From positions 582 through 64,581 of the forward strand of contig JBDRCZ010000040.1 in assembly GCA_043821285.1 (NCBI GenBank): a DNA stretch of 64,000 nucleotides, written 5' to 3'. This document shows, piece by piece, positions 11,101 to 20,300 of this stretch. The DNA is from Candidatus Omnitrophota bacterium (GTDB lineage Bacteria; Omnitrophota; Gorgyraeia; B26-G9; JBDRCZ01). How positions within the stretch are numbered: position 1 is the stretch's first letter; each line of letters begins with the position of its first letter. The position numbers and the translations under genes were made by a program. The notes beneath the pieces are model-generated. The model was not told the DNA's origin. It did not search any database and saw nothing but the letters and a program-made list of their open reading frames with translations.

Positions 11101-13695
11101 TGGAGGTAGTCTTGTAAATTTCCATCTATGGCGTGCCCTTATCACAGCTCTTTCAGAAGCAAATACTAAAAATTCATAGATTGAATGGAATGTTCCGACA
11201 TATCGAGCATGTTGCAATAAAAATTCACTCATATCTGTCATAATATCAAGATAATACATCTTGTTTTTTCTCCATTCTCTCTGATTGAATAGCCACGACC
11301 CTCTGGCACGCCTAAGAATAAAATATCGCAGTGTTGATGGCTGTTCTGTAAGACCTTTGGAAATGTAAAGCATGCTCTCGGGTAAATCTCTCACTTTCCC
11401 TTTTGCTGGAAATTCTGTTGTAATATGAAATCCTTTTACATACGAGAGAACATCTAATAATTCTGTATCATTCTGTTCCCGGGCTTCTTCTCGCAACCTT
11501 TCAACTATAAATTCCGCCCGTTCCACTGGAGATTTAGAATAATATTCCCTATAATATGCACGCCTAAAAAGAAATGTTGTGGTTAATCTTATTGGCAAAA
11601 CCATAAGTGGTTCAAAAATTAACTGTTGTATAAAAACCATAGCAAGGTCTACTACTATCAAAAATAATAGCGGTCCGATAATCAAAAATTGAATCTCTTG
11701 AGGAAGATGCGGACAAACTACAAGTGCAGCTAAAAATAACGGTACAACTTGCACCCACAAGGGGAATGAACGTGCTATAGTAATAACAGCAGAAATAATA
11801 GCTCCCCCCAGCCAATTGCGGATGTTTGTAACAACATTACCTAACCTTACCAAAATAGGCAACGCTGTTTCACTATCTTTTACAAATTTACTACCCCACA
11901 CACCCAACCCCAGATAAATCCCTGCGCCAATAATCGTTATAAGGAATGACAATGGAAAGAGTTCAATTTTATTAAAAATCAAACCTATTTGATTCACAAT
12001 CAACCCAATACTTATTATTGCCAGTGGCAAAGCAGTAAATCCTTTAGCCGAAAGTTCATCATCTCTTGGGAAAAACACATTCCACATCTCATATAAATTC
12101 AGGGATAATTTAACTATGCCTTGACGTAGTGCTGGAAGGTTGTTAACAGCTTGACTGTAGCTAATGCGACCTTCTTTTGTCCATGAAGGACCAACTTCAC
12201 CGTCAGCAAGCGGCAGGCGCCATGCCTTATAATAACCATAAGCCAATACTCCGGAGATGATCATCCCCAAGAGCGCTGGCAAATTCATTACTAATACTGC
12301 AGAAAGCTGGGCTAAGATAAAATCACCACTAGCAAATCCCATCCCACTGGCAAAGAAATTCCATAGGCCCACACCCAGTATAATACCTGTCAAGACTGAA
12401 TAAGCGGCAAAAAAACCCCTCGCCCATTCTTTGGTAAGGGGCAAACGCGTTGACTTAGGAGTACGTTGCTCACTTTGTTTACCCCAATAAGCTTTGCTTA
12501 ATGTATCAAAAAATTTGTACCCCACTCCTACTGGTACTGCAAGGAAGGTTAGCACTGTTGCTCCCCATTGCTCTTGTAGTTGTTTTTGTGCTTCAGACGC
12601 TTCTGTTGAGTCACCCCAGACATTACATAACAGTATCTTAATGCTTACTAATCTCGCTATGTTCGCTGGTGGCTCAATAGTACCTTGGTTGTCTCCTTCT
12701 TTCTCAATTGCTTTATCAATCATCTCCTTTGTCACTACTGCCGCTAATTTAGCTGAAACAATTTCAGGATAATTTTTACCCAGGTTCATAAGCCGCGTAG
12801 AAACTCTCAGCTTATCTTCGTTAACTTCTTCTATGTCTTCTTCCCTATATTCCTCGCTATCTTCTTCTGTATCTTTTGGCGTAAGTGTTTCTATGTCCTG
12901 ATAAATCTCAATGCCTTGAAAATACGCTCTCAATCTGATAATTAATTCCTCCTGAGCCTCTTGTAAATCCGCTGCCCCCAGAGTAAATCCATACATTTCC
13001 ATAATCCTCTTTTTATAAGCTTTTGTCTTAGGATCAACTTCTATTTCTTTAATTGGCACCAGAACCGTAGAGTCAGTTTTTTTACTAACCTCTCTTCCTT
13101 GTAAAAGCGGCATCACGTCCATCTCTAAAGCAGCACTAAGAGTATTGGCAATAAGTTCTATAGTTTCTATGCGCGGGTTATATGTTTTTCCTCTTTCGAT
13201 TTCTGAAATCACTCCCTGATTCAATCCTAAATCTCCTTGATTCAATCCAGCCCCTTGTCGTAAAATCCGGATAGCTTCTCCAACTGTGTATCCATCACCT
13301 GGTCCAAGTTCTTTAATAACTGGATCCTTGCCCCTCTCAGAAACAACAAACACTCGATTATTACCATTATCATTAATTATAATAAAAAGCCTTCTCTTAT
13401 CTATTACGGCTGCTTTTGAATAAGTAATACCATGCCGATCTAATACTTGCCCGGGATTTATATCTTCCGTTATCCGCATAATTTGTCTAACCTCTCTATA
13501 TGCCCGGCGTAAATCTATAATAAGCCCCACGTCTTTTGCAAAATCAGCACCAGAGATATTTATCGCCGGCGCCAAATGAGCAGACAATCCCTTCAGATTG
13601 CCACCTGCAGCCCAGGAGATGTCTAAGCAGAAAAAGGCTTGGATCAGTACGATAGATATTAATTTGAATAATATGTGTTGTTTTAGCTTACTCAT
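5110..13695 (-). CDS. Giant secreted multidomain protein, family member B (2861 aa): XRE HTH, membrane/zincin-like modules, PPDK-like nucleotide-binding and phospho-His domains, degenerate HAD domain
   Basis: Family signal peptide. GEAIRILRQGAGLNQGDLGLNQGVISEIERGK (XRE). SKKGLNL..GIPVPPGVVIS and RNGSAFALPGLLVTIPNLG (PPDK N-domain). SVHAETLAQTYGITAVYG (His swivel domain). KLVSFEFEEVL..IMHFGNS (HAD-like). Ends LVESAI. Confidence 0.92.
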   Translation of the reverse strand: MSKLKQHILFKLISIVLIQAFFCLDISWAAGGNLKGLSAHLAPAINISGADFAKDVGLIIDLRRAYREVRQIMRITEDINPGQVLDRHGITYSKAAVIDKRRLFIIINDNGNNRVFVVSERGKDPVIKELGPGDGYTVGEAIRILRQGAGLNQGDLGLNQGVISEIERGKTYNPRIETIELIANTLSAALEMDVMPLLQGREVSKKTDSTVLVPIKEIEVDPKTKAYKKRIMEMYGFTLGAADLQEAQEELIIRLRAYFQGIEIYQDIETLTPKDTEEDSEEYREEDIEEVNEDKLRVSTRLMNLGKNYPEIVSAKLAAVVTKEMIDKAIEKEGDNQGTIEPPANIARLVSIKILLCNVWGDSTEASEAQKQLQEQWGATVLTFLAVPVGVGYKFFDTLSKAYWGKQSEQRTPKSTRLPLTKEWARGFFAAYSVLTGIILGVGLWNFFASGMGFASGDFILAQLSAVLVMNLPALLGMIISGVLAYGYYKAWRLPLADGEVGPSWTKEGRISYSQAVNNLPALRQGIVKLSLNLYEMWNVFFPRDDELSAKGFTALPLAIISIGLIVNQIGLIFNKIELFPLSFLITIIGAGIYLGLGVWGSKFVKDSETALPILVRLGNVVTNIRNWLGGAIISAVITIARSFPLWVQVVPLFLAALVVCPHLPQEIQFLIIGPLLFLIVVDLAMVFIQQLIFEPLMVLPIRLTTTFLFRRAYYREYYSKSPVERAEFIVERLREEAREQNDTELLDVLSYVKGFHITTEFPAKGKVRDLPESMLYISKGLTEQPSTLRYFILRRARGSWLFNQREWRKNKMYYLDIMTDMSEFLLQHARYVGTFHSIYEFLVFASERAVIRARHRWKFTRLPPLSRFGIHVVHLPFSERQNFLLFLRILLLGFREPFETIYTIEEAKQEAIEQMQRGENYTPQRFAGEFYFSHEFAAELLREIIDAHPELRGHIFDIQGNKIAPNAQTDNHGFVQSRGGEAPGELATIRKEQRGKLTPVDIANFDEIIEYIRSKIEEFETNIPQAQTAWERENLPKYLDQAKTGLEHLEELYENNALFSFPAIVYTKEDFALAYGDENEIGAAGEFISTMPMELLAELFFHEAICYKAGHQAARQIQQYIFRENYYRDAEGVLWKSRLQIFLREFIDQMARTKNGVDYLEIIQAVLGEDSGVIPVFTDKSDYPAECENRQWQWQGKMQEMLRADQTFVFYGQFETIGNAANQFDSAEEEIKSKRHFKVLLDKEQGLVGAWDVPEDLNEKIRSIIQDIDYPVLVDIAPFVISVRLYEAGYSPIEGVLKKIIQQTTPICSFEELGSVIQTYNQRWDRLSKLNDRMDEMKSEENYFLKEQLGVDASDIHSIFGLLLPETLKNYLRRFVLETDIDTGIMLLRLGEIFVEGVEDMFWEFYLDANNTKEENERFLEVLAALLFNSNIDTFRTIARIFREKDIEKTYKAMDVLFRLRIGRKNLALLFSLLENVRYKKEAVASFCLLQANLVGIEAEPLWRREDSHLLQLLSGRGPTINLLTPESQNIYYYLLKMEERRKKGGVTNAAIDNRIVRNTIMLDSGAGYAGEYGRTWFSLLRNRIHHAGSSRDRRTIKTVLYFWKALNEDMIRDSKDELIANLKKDIGAEKTRTYSEIINQMLNKLLENGQIKSLAGDSFLAEILNMSEEDVIKALHEANPDAQASDLEKVEYMIRLYYALSERYGVVAAAIVPKIKGEIGAENEREGRKKNMLELTSFMQQEYAQLISVIDTDGHKAVLSAIAECRRAIRQHLLFDRNDRLENKEELMKLDYNMFMLGKEMIVRGLEEINQCQDMEDLKEYVPSLVSMAKFMHASGLGGIDFAQFIEELEHGRMKYSQVHDLVRALRTEVHKINRKINENMRFAMGHFWDNLQLADLTQEWQDRIKTEKRIDEFGGESEVISEEGKEQAASEFIDGLIRDTGILAFDDALMRFNQILENELTLGNDEFIDGGDSTDEIVMEEQFFRFGQEEDVIPRERLLSLWSKKGLNLVWMTEQGIPVPPGVVISARLITRPEISKSEEFKEEVEGEIARLREYSKYPELKLLLYARNGSAFALPGLLVTIPNLGMNDKEAQELAEQTGDVWFAYDTYAEFIRAYAIHILGIPEEYFEEVLNIYEKDDMSGEEMIRVCERYKEIVSTHGKGAQIPEDMIVQVMLAIDTVYASWDSAEAQEYRARHRISQEWGSVVILQKGVFGNLSPTADGKISGAGAAALRILPDGREVVQGRFRFQSTGDQVMSRAGQNYVLLSNTERVFEHEQTLEELQPEIYQEILAYAYQLKEIFGNNQHFEFTVELGKLWLTQTNDDIIQDDYPEFVDSPDYEPIARGHGVSGGAFRGWVANSAEAAEELLEKYEREQPEDVDGVILFLDRVNPQMINRIPRGVHIVAQIISVHAETLAQTYGITAVYGVANMKFYDEEERKGWYLGEHKMEDGRVISIDGHENQLVYHNSGKIYLGSVPLAESLDGQAEPEQRTPRALRGISALRDQKQWEAAMASRASRITAFEREILAMFERFLRGEAERGEIMRYLINYRVILDKIVRYCEDLNFEVYGEEFKTALEIKLAELGISFELFINLNSNYYSRGQEHREILRRIIHCLNYRPLSDDLLDQIVVYNKHGQPRVIREEELYQRMPQTGNYFIIHPPQQDIKLVSFEFEEVLEKVLQGYGIEGLLELFKNLKSMGLRVAITIRNPNVLRWFSNVKNKHPEIAEYVDYCYKDVLNGPLLQRYVEELGLLPGQIMHFGNSWKIYSSSNSHAAEMHSRGFVSVLVPLAGGVFLRSDVLEKKVDAFVFGLWQPQDILDIVEAWVNVSPQQWEGVLAGPVEELGLKQIVELGLVESAI

Positions 13696-14010
13696 ATGTT
13701 AATGCCTCATTACTTAATTTCAAATGCCAAATGCCAAAATCCCCGCCACAAAGTCGAAGATCCGCCAACGCTTTGTAGTGGACATCGGCGGACGGGCAAA
13801 TTCCAAATGACAAATGAATCATCCAATAAACAAATATTTTAATTTTAATTTCTAATTAACCTAATACTTCTCGTATCGAGTATTGAGTTTTTTATTGTAG
13901 TTTTTTTATGCTCAATACGCAATACACATTACTAATTAAATCCTCGATACCCAATGCGTAGTTTTAAAGTCTTTCTCCGTGTCCTCTGTGCGCTCTGTGG
14001 TAAAATTTTA
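13696..14010 (-). repeat. Conserved leader/hairpin unit upstream of member B, carrying a nested GC-rich hairpin insertion (13742-13797)
   Basis: Aligns with 4924-5095, 21869-22160 and 27615-27930. Confidence 0.85.
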
Positions 14011-14074
14011 TTTTTTTCGTGTATTTCGTGGTTGAAAATAAATTTTGATTTTTGAAGTTTGGATTTTGGATTTA

Positions 14075-17000
14075 TCAAATCGCCCTCTCTACCTCTTCCA
14101 ACCTACTTACCTGCATAGCGTCGAGTACTTCCGTAGAAAATAGAGTATCATTATATAGTGATTCTTTTGGCATAGTTAATAGCAGTACTTCCTCCAATAA
14201 TTGTTGTGTCTTACCCTTACTATCTCTATAATCAACTCCATCAATTATCTCTCCCAGTGCCACAACTGTTTCGTCCAGAAGAGCCCTTACCTCACCGATA
14301 AAAACCGGGTTCTTCTGGCGTTCCTGCTCAAGAAGTATCAAAGTTGGCTTTATCGGTTCCCAGTCTGCTTCGTAACGATCTGGCCAGCCCCCCAGTGAGC
14401 GTGATTCTTTTAAAAACCATCTCACATCAAGCGCACTTTCAAGGTTATGCTTTCTGAAAATTTCCCTTAAACTATTTTGAAAATAATCCCATACTATTGC
14501 TGCCTGCTGCGTTTTATCATTTGATTCAATCATCCCTTCTTTAGAAGCAAGTGCCCAGCATAAACGCTGCCAAGCTCTGGACTCAAAGAAAAGCCTTCCT
14601 GTTTCCTTAAATTCCTCTTCTGCTTTATTTAGCTGTTCCTCCTCTAAATAGATTCCCTGAAATTGCATTTTTATAAACTGCTCTAAATATTGCATGTATA
14701 CTATTGCATGACGATTAAGATAATCTGTTCTGCCTTCAAGCTGAGGTGCCCCATGGATATGTTCCACAACTCCTCCACCATGTACCAAAGGTGCACTTTT
14801 ACCCCAGGTAGTCTCAAATGGGCCTTCTTTCCAATCATCATGTGCATAAGGAGATGTGGCAAGAAGGGCTATGGCAATATGTTTTGCTTCATCAGGTAAT
14901 CTGCCTTGCACAGTCATCATATCTGTATAATATTCTCCCTCTTCACCAAGAAGCCCTAATTGTCTAAGATGCACAAGTATATACGACAGTGTATCCGCGG
15001 CACGGCTAGGAGGAACAATAATATGTTCTCTCTCTAAAACTGTTCCTCGATTACGCACGTCAAAACCAAGGAGACGATACATCTTGTTTTTAGACATACT
15101 AAATGGAAACTGCGGGTAGACTTTTCGCCCCACAGGTTGTAGATCTCTACTTCTCTCTTCTCGGTTAAGAATAAGTTCAACTACTTCTTTTTTAATTCTT
15201 TGGCGTAAGGCATCTTTATTTTCTAAAATATCTGTAACCTTCTTTCCTTCTTCCAGTTGTTCTAATATCCTTACCACTGCTCCAAGCTTTATCGCCATTT
15301 TTGCACCTGGGGATATATCTTGAGGAAATTCTTTGTCTAATCTAAGGCTGTCGGCAATCATCACAGCACGAAAATAAGAGTCGATCGAGGGGATCTGCTC
15401 AATCCAATCTTCTATAGGAACCAAGCACGCTTTAAAAAATGCAGCAAGAAAAGCAATGCACCATAATAGCCCAAAATTAAGGCTCTGATCATAGAGTGAT
15501 GCTCCAGGCAAAAGTAAAGATAGCGCTAATATACTAACAATAAATAGCGCACAGTGACGAAAAATTCTTATATTTTCAACTCCTTGTTTTTTAAGTAATT
15601 GGGAACTTTCTCTTAGAATATATCTTATCGTTAAGTCCACTATGCTCATCCCTTCTTTTAGTCCTCTGTTCTGAATTTCTTTAGTAAAACTCCAGAAATT
15701 TCGAAAATACGGTTTTAGCAATAACCTATTGAAAATAAAACTCCAAAGTTTCCATGTGGAATTTATAGATAGAAGTACATTAACACAAAGAAATATCATA
15801 AGTAGCACTAAGTATTCCGTCCAGTCACAACTAGCAATAACCTTAAGCATAACAGGGCCCCATTCACTAAATAAAACCACTATACTTAAAACTAAAAGAC
15901 TACCATAAGCGAATAATATTTCTATATCTGCCTTAACTTCATTTTCTGTTTTTAACACTAAATGGCTTAGTTCATGCGGCAGGACAAACCAGTAGGATAT
16001 CTTTATGGCAATTGTGGCACTAATGCTTATAATTGTCTGTAGATAAAAAGGTAAAGAAGAACGCTTGAGTCTTTTCTGGACTTTTTCTATATATTCATCT
16101 GTGTTATTAATAATTCTGTTAGTATTCGGGTCAAATTCAGCTAAAGGATTAAATCCAGTTATTATGGCAATCCCAGAGATAATCGCAGAAACAAGTGGAA
16201 TAAGTATAAACACTGTTAAAAATGCTCCAGCCAAGATACCCGCAAACATATTCGTAGCAAAAACAGGCCAAAACCCGGTTAAAACACTATATCCCCCAAC
16301 CGCCCCACTCATCAAAAACGCAGCCACGGATGTCCAAAATTGGTGTTTCGGGGTTATGGGAAGTTTATCAGATACTAACACCTTTTCTGGTAATATTCTA
16401 TGGAATAATCCTGCAATATATGCTGCAACTAAAGAATCCTCTACAGATTTTATCCGATTAGCATTCGCTAAGTATTGTGTCCAAGATATTTTCTCTTGCA
16501 ATAAAGCTATTGCTTGTTCTAACATACTAATTGCAAATTCAACCCTTTTAACGCTAATTTTGTCCTGTTCTTCACGGAAATGATTTAGTCCCGGGAACCG
16601 TACCTTACGTGATCTATTACCAGGATTACCAACAGCATCTAATAAGCTCTCTACATAATTATAAACGCTACTAAGTTCTATATGTATCCTATTTAAGTCT
16701 CCATAAAGCAATTCACTATGCTCATGGACCATAACTTCTATTCTTTTTAGCCGTTCCAGAATAGGATGCAATGCACTTAGCGAAACATCATATATAACCT
16801 CATTCTTATAATTTGTCCCTTTTATCCTATCCAAATCTCCCTTCGCAATTGCAAGGTTTGATAGCACCGCTCGAAGCCGCTTTATATTATTCTTAAACCC
16901 CGGCACAGGATCAGGTTCATATATTCGTGTAAAGTATCCTAATAAATCCGGGCTACTTATCTCTAAAGCAGGTGCAAGATGAGTGTTTAAACTTTTTATA

Positions 17001-17098
17001 TCCCCACCCGCAGCCCAAGCAATATCTAAGCAGAAAAAGGCATTCACCAATATTACGGCGATTAGTTTAAATAATATGTTATGTTTTAGCTTGTACAT
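14075..17098 (-). CDS. Secreted/membrane protein, family member C (1007 aa), with HExxH zincin-like membrane module and an unrecognised C-terminal domain
   Basis: MYKLKHNILFKLIAVILVNAFFCLDIAWAAGGDIKSLNTHLAPAL; several hydrophobic helices; PHELSHLVLKTENEVKA; ends EEVERAI. Confidence 0.9.
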   Translation of the reverse strand: MYKLKHNILFKLIAVILVNAFFCLDIAWAAGGDIKSLNTHLAPALEISSPDLLGYFTRIYEPDPVPGFKNNIKRLRAVLSNLAIAKGDLDRIKGTNYKNEVIYDVSLSALHPILERLKRIEVMVHEHSELLYGDLNRIHIELSSVYNYVESLLDAVGNPGNRSRKVRFPGLNHFREEQDKISVKRVEFAISMLEQAIALLQEKISWTQYLANANRIKSVEDSLVAAYIAGLFHRILPEKVLVSDKLPITPKHQFWTSVAAFLMSGAVGGYSVLTGFWPVFATNMFAGILAGAFLTVFILIPLVSAIISGIAIITGFNPLAEFDPNTNRIINNTDEYIEKVQKRLKRSSLPFYLQTIISISATIAIKISYWFVLPHELSHLVLKTENEVKADIEILFAYGSLLVLSIVVLFSEWGPVMLKVIASCDWTEYLVLLMIFLCVNVLLSINSTWKLWSFIFNRLLLKPYFRNFWSFTKEIQNRGLKEGMSIVDLTIRYILRESSQLLKKQGVENIRIFRHCALFIVSILALSLLLPGASLYDQSLNFGLLWCIAFLAAFFKACLVPIEDWIEQIPSIDSYFRAVMIADSLRLDKEFPQDISPGAKMAIKLGAVVRILEQLEEGKKVTDILENKDALRQRIKKEVVELILNREERSRDLQPVGRKVYPQFPFSMSKNKMYRLLGFDVRNRGTVLEREHIIVPPSRAADTLSYILVHLRQLGLLGEEGEYYTDMMTVQGRLPDEAKHIAIALLATSPYAHDDWKEGPFETTWGKSAPLVHGGGVVEHIHGAPQLEGRTDYLNRHAIVYMQYLEQFIKMQFQGIYLEEEQLNKAEEEFKETGRLFFESRAWQRLCWALASKEGMIESNDKTQQAAIVWDYFQNSLREIFRKHNLESALDVRWFLKESRSLGGWPDRYEADWEPIKPTLILLEQERQKNPVFIGEVRALLDETVVALGEIIDGVDYRDSKGKTQQLLEEVLLLTMPKESLYNDTLFSTEVLDAMQVSRLEEVERAI

Positions 17099-17341
17099 AT
17101 CTCACCAAATATATTCATGAATTTCTAATTAACCTAATTGCTATTTCTCGTATTGAGTATTGCGTATCGAGTATTACGGTTTTTAAATTCGCAGTGATTA
17201 GTATATTTCACTCTTTGCCCCATGTCCTTTGCTTTCTGTTTTTAACATTTTGATTTTTGATTTTTTTCTGTCATCTGTTTGCTGTCTTTTAACTTCGGTT
17301 TCTTACACTAAATACGCAATACACAATACTCACAACGGTAA

Positions 17342-20300
17342 CTAAATCGCCCTCTCCACTTCTAACACCCGTTCTATCAGTAATGCAGAAAGTGTGTTTG
17401 CTGTAGTCACTTGCGCTGCCAGTATTCCTTTTTCTTCTAATGCTTGAGCTCTCTTTTGCGGAGATGGTTTTTTATAAACTATCAGAGTTACTAAACCGAT
17501 ATTTGCCTCAGTAAAATACGTTCCTTCCATCGGAGGCAAATAATCAGGAGGATTATTTAAGTCAACTACTTCTACAGTTTCTTCATTTAGTCCTTTTGCT
17601 CCAAATCCTTCTAAAATCTTCATTGCAGGCTCATGATACCGTGATGTTAAAGCTTCTAAGGTAACTCTATCAGCTAAATTAGTAACAACACTTACAATTC
17701 CACCTTCATTTAATAATTCACCTATTTTTTCTCCAATTGCTTTAGATAGTATATTCCTTAAGTCAGGAGCTAACATTACTATTTCATCAAACTTAAATTC
17801 TTGAGGCAAATCCTGTAAAGACATATTTAAAATTAAAATATTTGAAAATCTCTCATTTTCAATCACTTTTGAAAAATAATTAAATTTATCTGGATGCCAT
17901 TCCACCCCTATTAAAAGCACATCTTCTCCTTGTTCACTTGCAATAGCTGCCCTATTTAAAAGATACCCGCCCAATCCTGACCCAACATCAAGTATTATTT
18001 TTACTGGTTCACCTGTTTGGATTTTTGTTCTAATACCATCACTAATTTCTCCGCTAACAATTTCCGGGTGTTGACTCCCTATCCCTTCAATTACATCCAA
18101 AATGCTAGAAGAAGCGGAGCATTGCTGCACTGATGCAGACGACGCATCATTAGTCCCAGTGGACGCGTCTGGCTCTTCATTCGCATCCGATTCTTCATCC
18201 AGTATTTGCTTCCGCGCCCGTACTAAAGTTTTTGCTCGAACAGTGCCTTCTCTGCTGTCCGGCCAATAACGCGGTATTTTTTCTATTCGTATATCTACAA
18301 AACCCGCCTCAGTTAAAAATGCTCTAACCCCTTTTTGCTCATATATTCTCCATAGTTCTGTCTTTTGAACTATTCTATTAAGATATTTATATTCTACTGA
18401 TTTTGGGGGTAATTCTATAGTTATATAAATTTCGCCTTGATCACGCAAAACCCGGTATATTTCACTAAGTAAATTTTCTACGTCTTCCCTCTCTTGTGTA
18501 CCCTCTTCATCCTTTTCACCTAAAAATTGAATGCATGGCGGCAATTCTGTAGCGATGTTATTTATGGTTACCGCATCAAAAGAACCATCTGCAAACGCTA
18601 ACATTTTCTCATCCATACGAACAAATTCTATGCCTTCTTCCCTATCACCTATCTCCTCAATATCTATTCCCACCAAACGCCCAATTCTTGGGTTGGCTTT
18701 TTTTAGGTTTGATAAAAAATTTCCTTTTCTTGTACCAATATCAAGCACATCTTTTCCCTCTTGAAAAATAATTTCATCCTTCCGCGGCTTTACACGTTTG
18801 TATATCCTGCGTAATAACACTGTTAGGGAACCACCCGTATCTTGTGTTGTTTGGGCAAGCAATTCTTCTCTGTTCACCTGCAGATATAACCACAACAGCA
18901 CGGCCTGAGTATCTGTATCAACCCACCAGCGCCGCTTAAGAGAATCTAATGTCCCTCTTTCATGAAAACTAATCTCTTCACCCATGGCAGCGGCTTTTAA
19001 TACTTTTTCTTCTTCCTGGGTTAATGGCCGCCTTGTTAACGCAGCTATTACTGGCAAGCGCCTTGCATTAAAGGCAATAAACGGGACTTGTCTGCTGCGT
19101 ATTGCTTCTAACACTATACGGATGGGACTATCTAATGCTAAATATTCCTTGAGTGCTTCAATTTCTGATTGAAGGTCCTCCTCTTGAATGGGGCCGCCCT
19201 CCTCCCATTCAAGGATTCGAGCAATATCTTCATCAGGATAGGCCAAAACCCTAAGCAATTGGATTTGCACTGGGTTAAGATTTTTAATCTCGTTTTTAAG
19301 CTGAGGAAGTATTTCATTTATCATACTGCACAGTTCATCAGTGGAGTTAATTTCTATTTTAATCAGCCATTGGCTATATAGGATTTGATATGCTCTGCAG
19401 CAAATATATGGAATGCCAATAAAAATGATAAGTATAATATAACCTGTTGCTATTAACGGAGCACATAGCACGGCGATAATATCTTTAACTGGGAATATTA
19501 GTAGCCATCCCGTCACTAGCGCTCTAAATATCAGCCTCGCAATATTCCTGTATAGATGGAGATCTGTATTCAATCTAAACTTTGCATCAATCCGTTTCCG
19601 CATGGCCTCTGCGATAGGGGCGTCAAATTGGCTTATTACTTCATTGCATCTGTCTTGGTGTAGGTGCCCAATTCGAACCACCTGCTCCAACACCCGCTTC
19701 AATGCTTCCTTGAAATACAGCACTTCCTCTGCTGAAAAACCAAGCGTATTAACCATGTAATCATAACTGATAGTTCCCCGAAAATAGAAGATAAGATTTA
19801 ATTCCTCTATTTCTTTACCTCTTTTCTCTAAATCATCCAGATGCTCTGATAATTTATTAAGGCCATTTTCAAAAGTATCTCTGTGCCTTAATAATCTATT
19901 TATCTCTTGTTCTGGTGTCTCTTGCACTATTCGAGGTGTTTGAATTGTCTTAAGCAAGCTTTGCCATCTTGTTTTGACAGGAGTAGACATCTCTGTTGGT
20001 TCTGACCGAGCTTGTGTACCCACTATTCTGTAATAATGCCTTTTTGTCCTTTGCTGTTTTGCCCACAGTATTAGTTTTTTTCGTCTCTTCCATAAACTAC
20101 TCACCACAGCATGCGGTACAGTAAATAGTACTATCATACCTGCCCCTGTTTGTATCGTTTGTATCACCCCCCCATTTACTGGATTAGCAATGCACAAAAT
20201 AGGCACGGTAATTACCACGGTTAACACACTAATTACAAAAAGTTGTTTTTCCAATGCACTGCGTAAATGTAAAGCCTGCCAGCAAAACTGGAAACCAGCA

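Noticed and set aside
2160-12320. Diversity-generating retroelement TR/VR pair (2160-2425 vs 12055-12320)
   Set aside because: Both copies are in-frame coding, mismatches are not restricted to adenines, and no reverse transcriptase is present in the window.
13610-13695. Lipoprotein or type IV prepilin signal in the family leader
   Set aside because: xFFC does not fit the [LVI][ASTVI][GAS]C lipobox, and there is no G|FxxxE prepilin motif.
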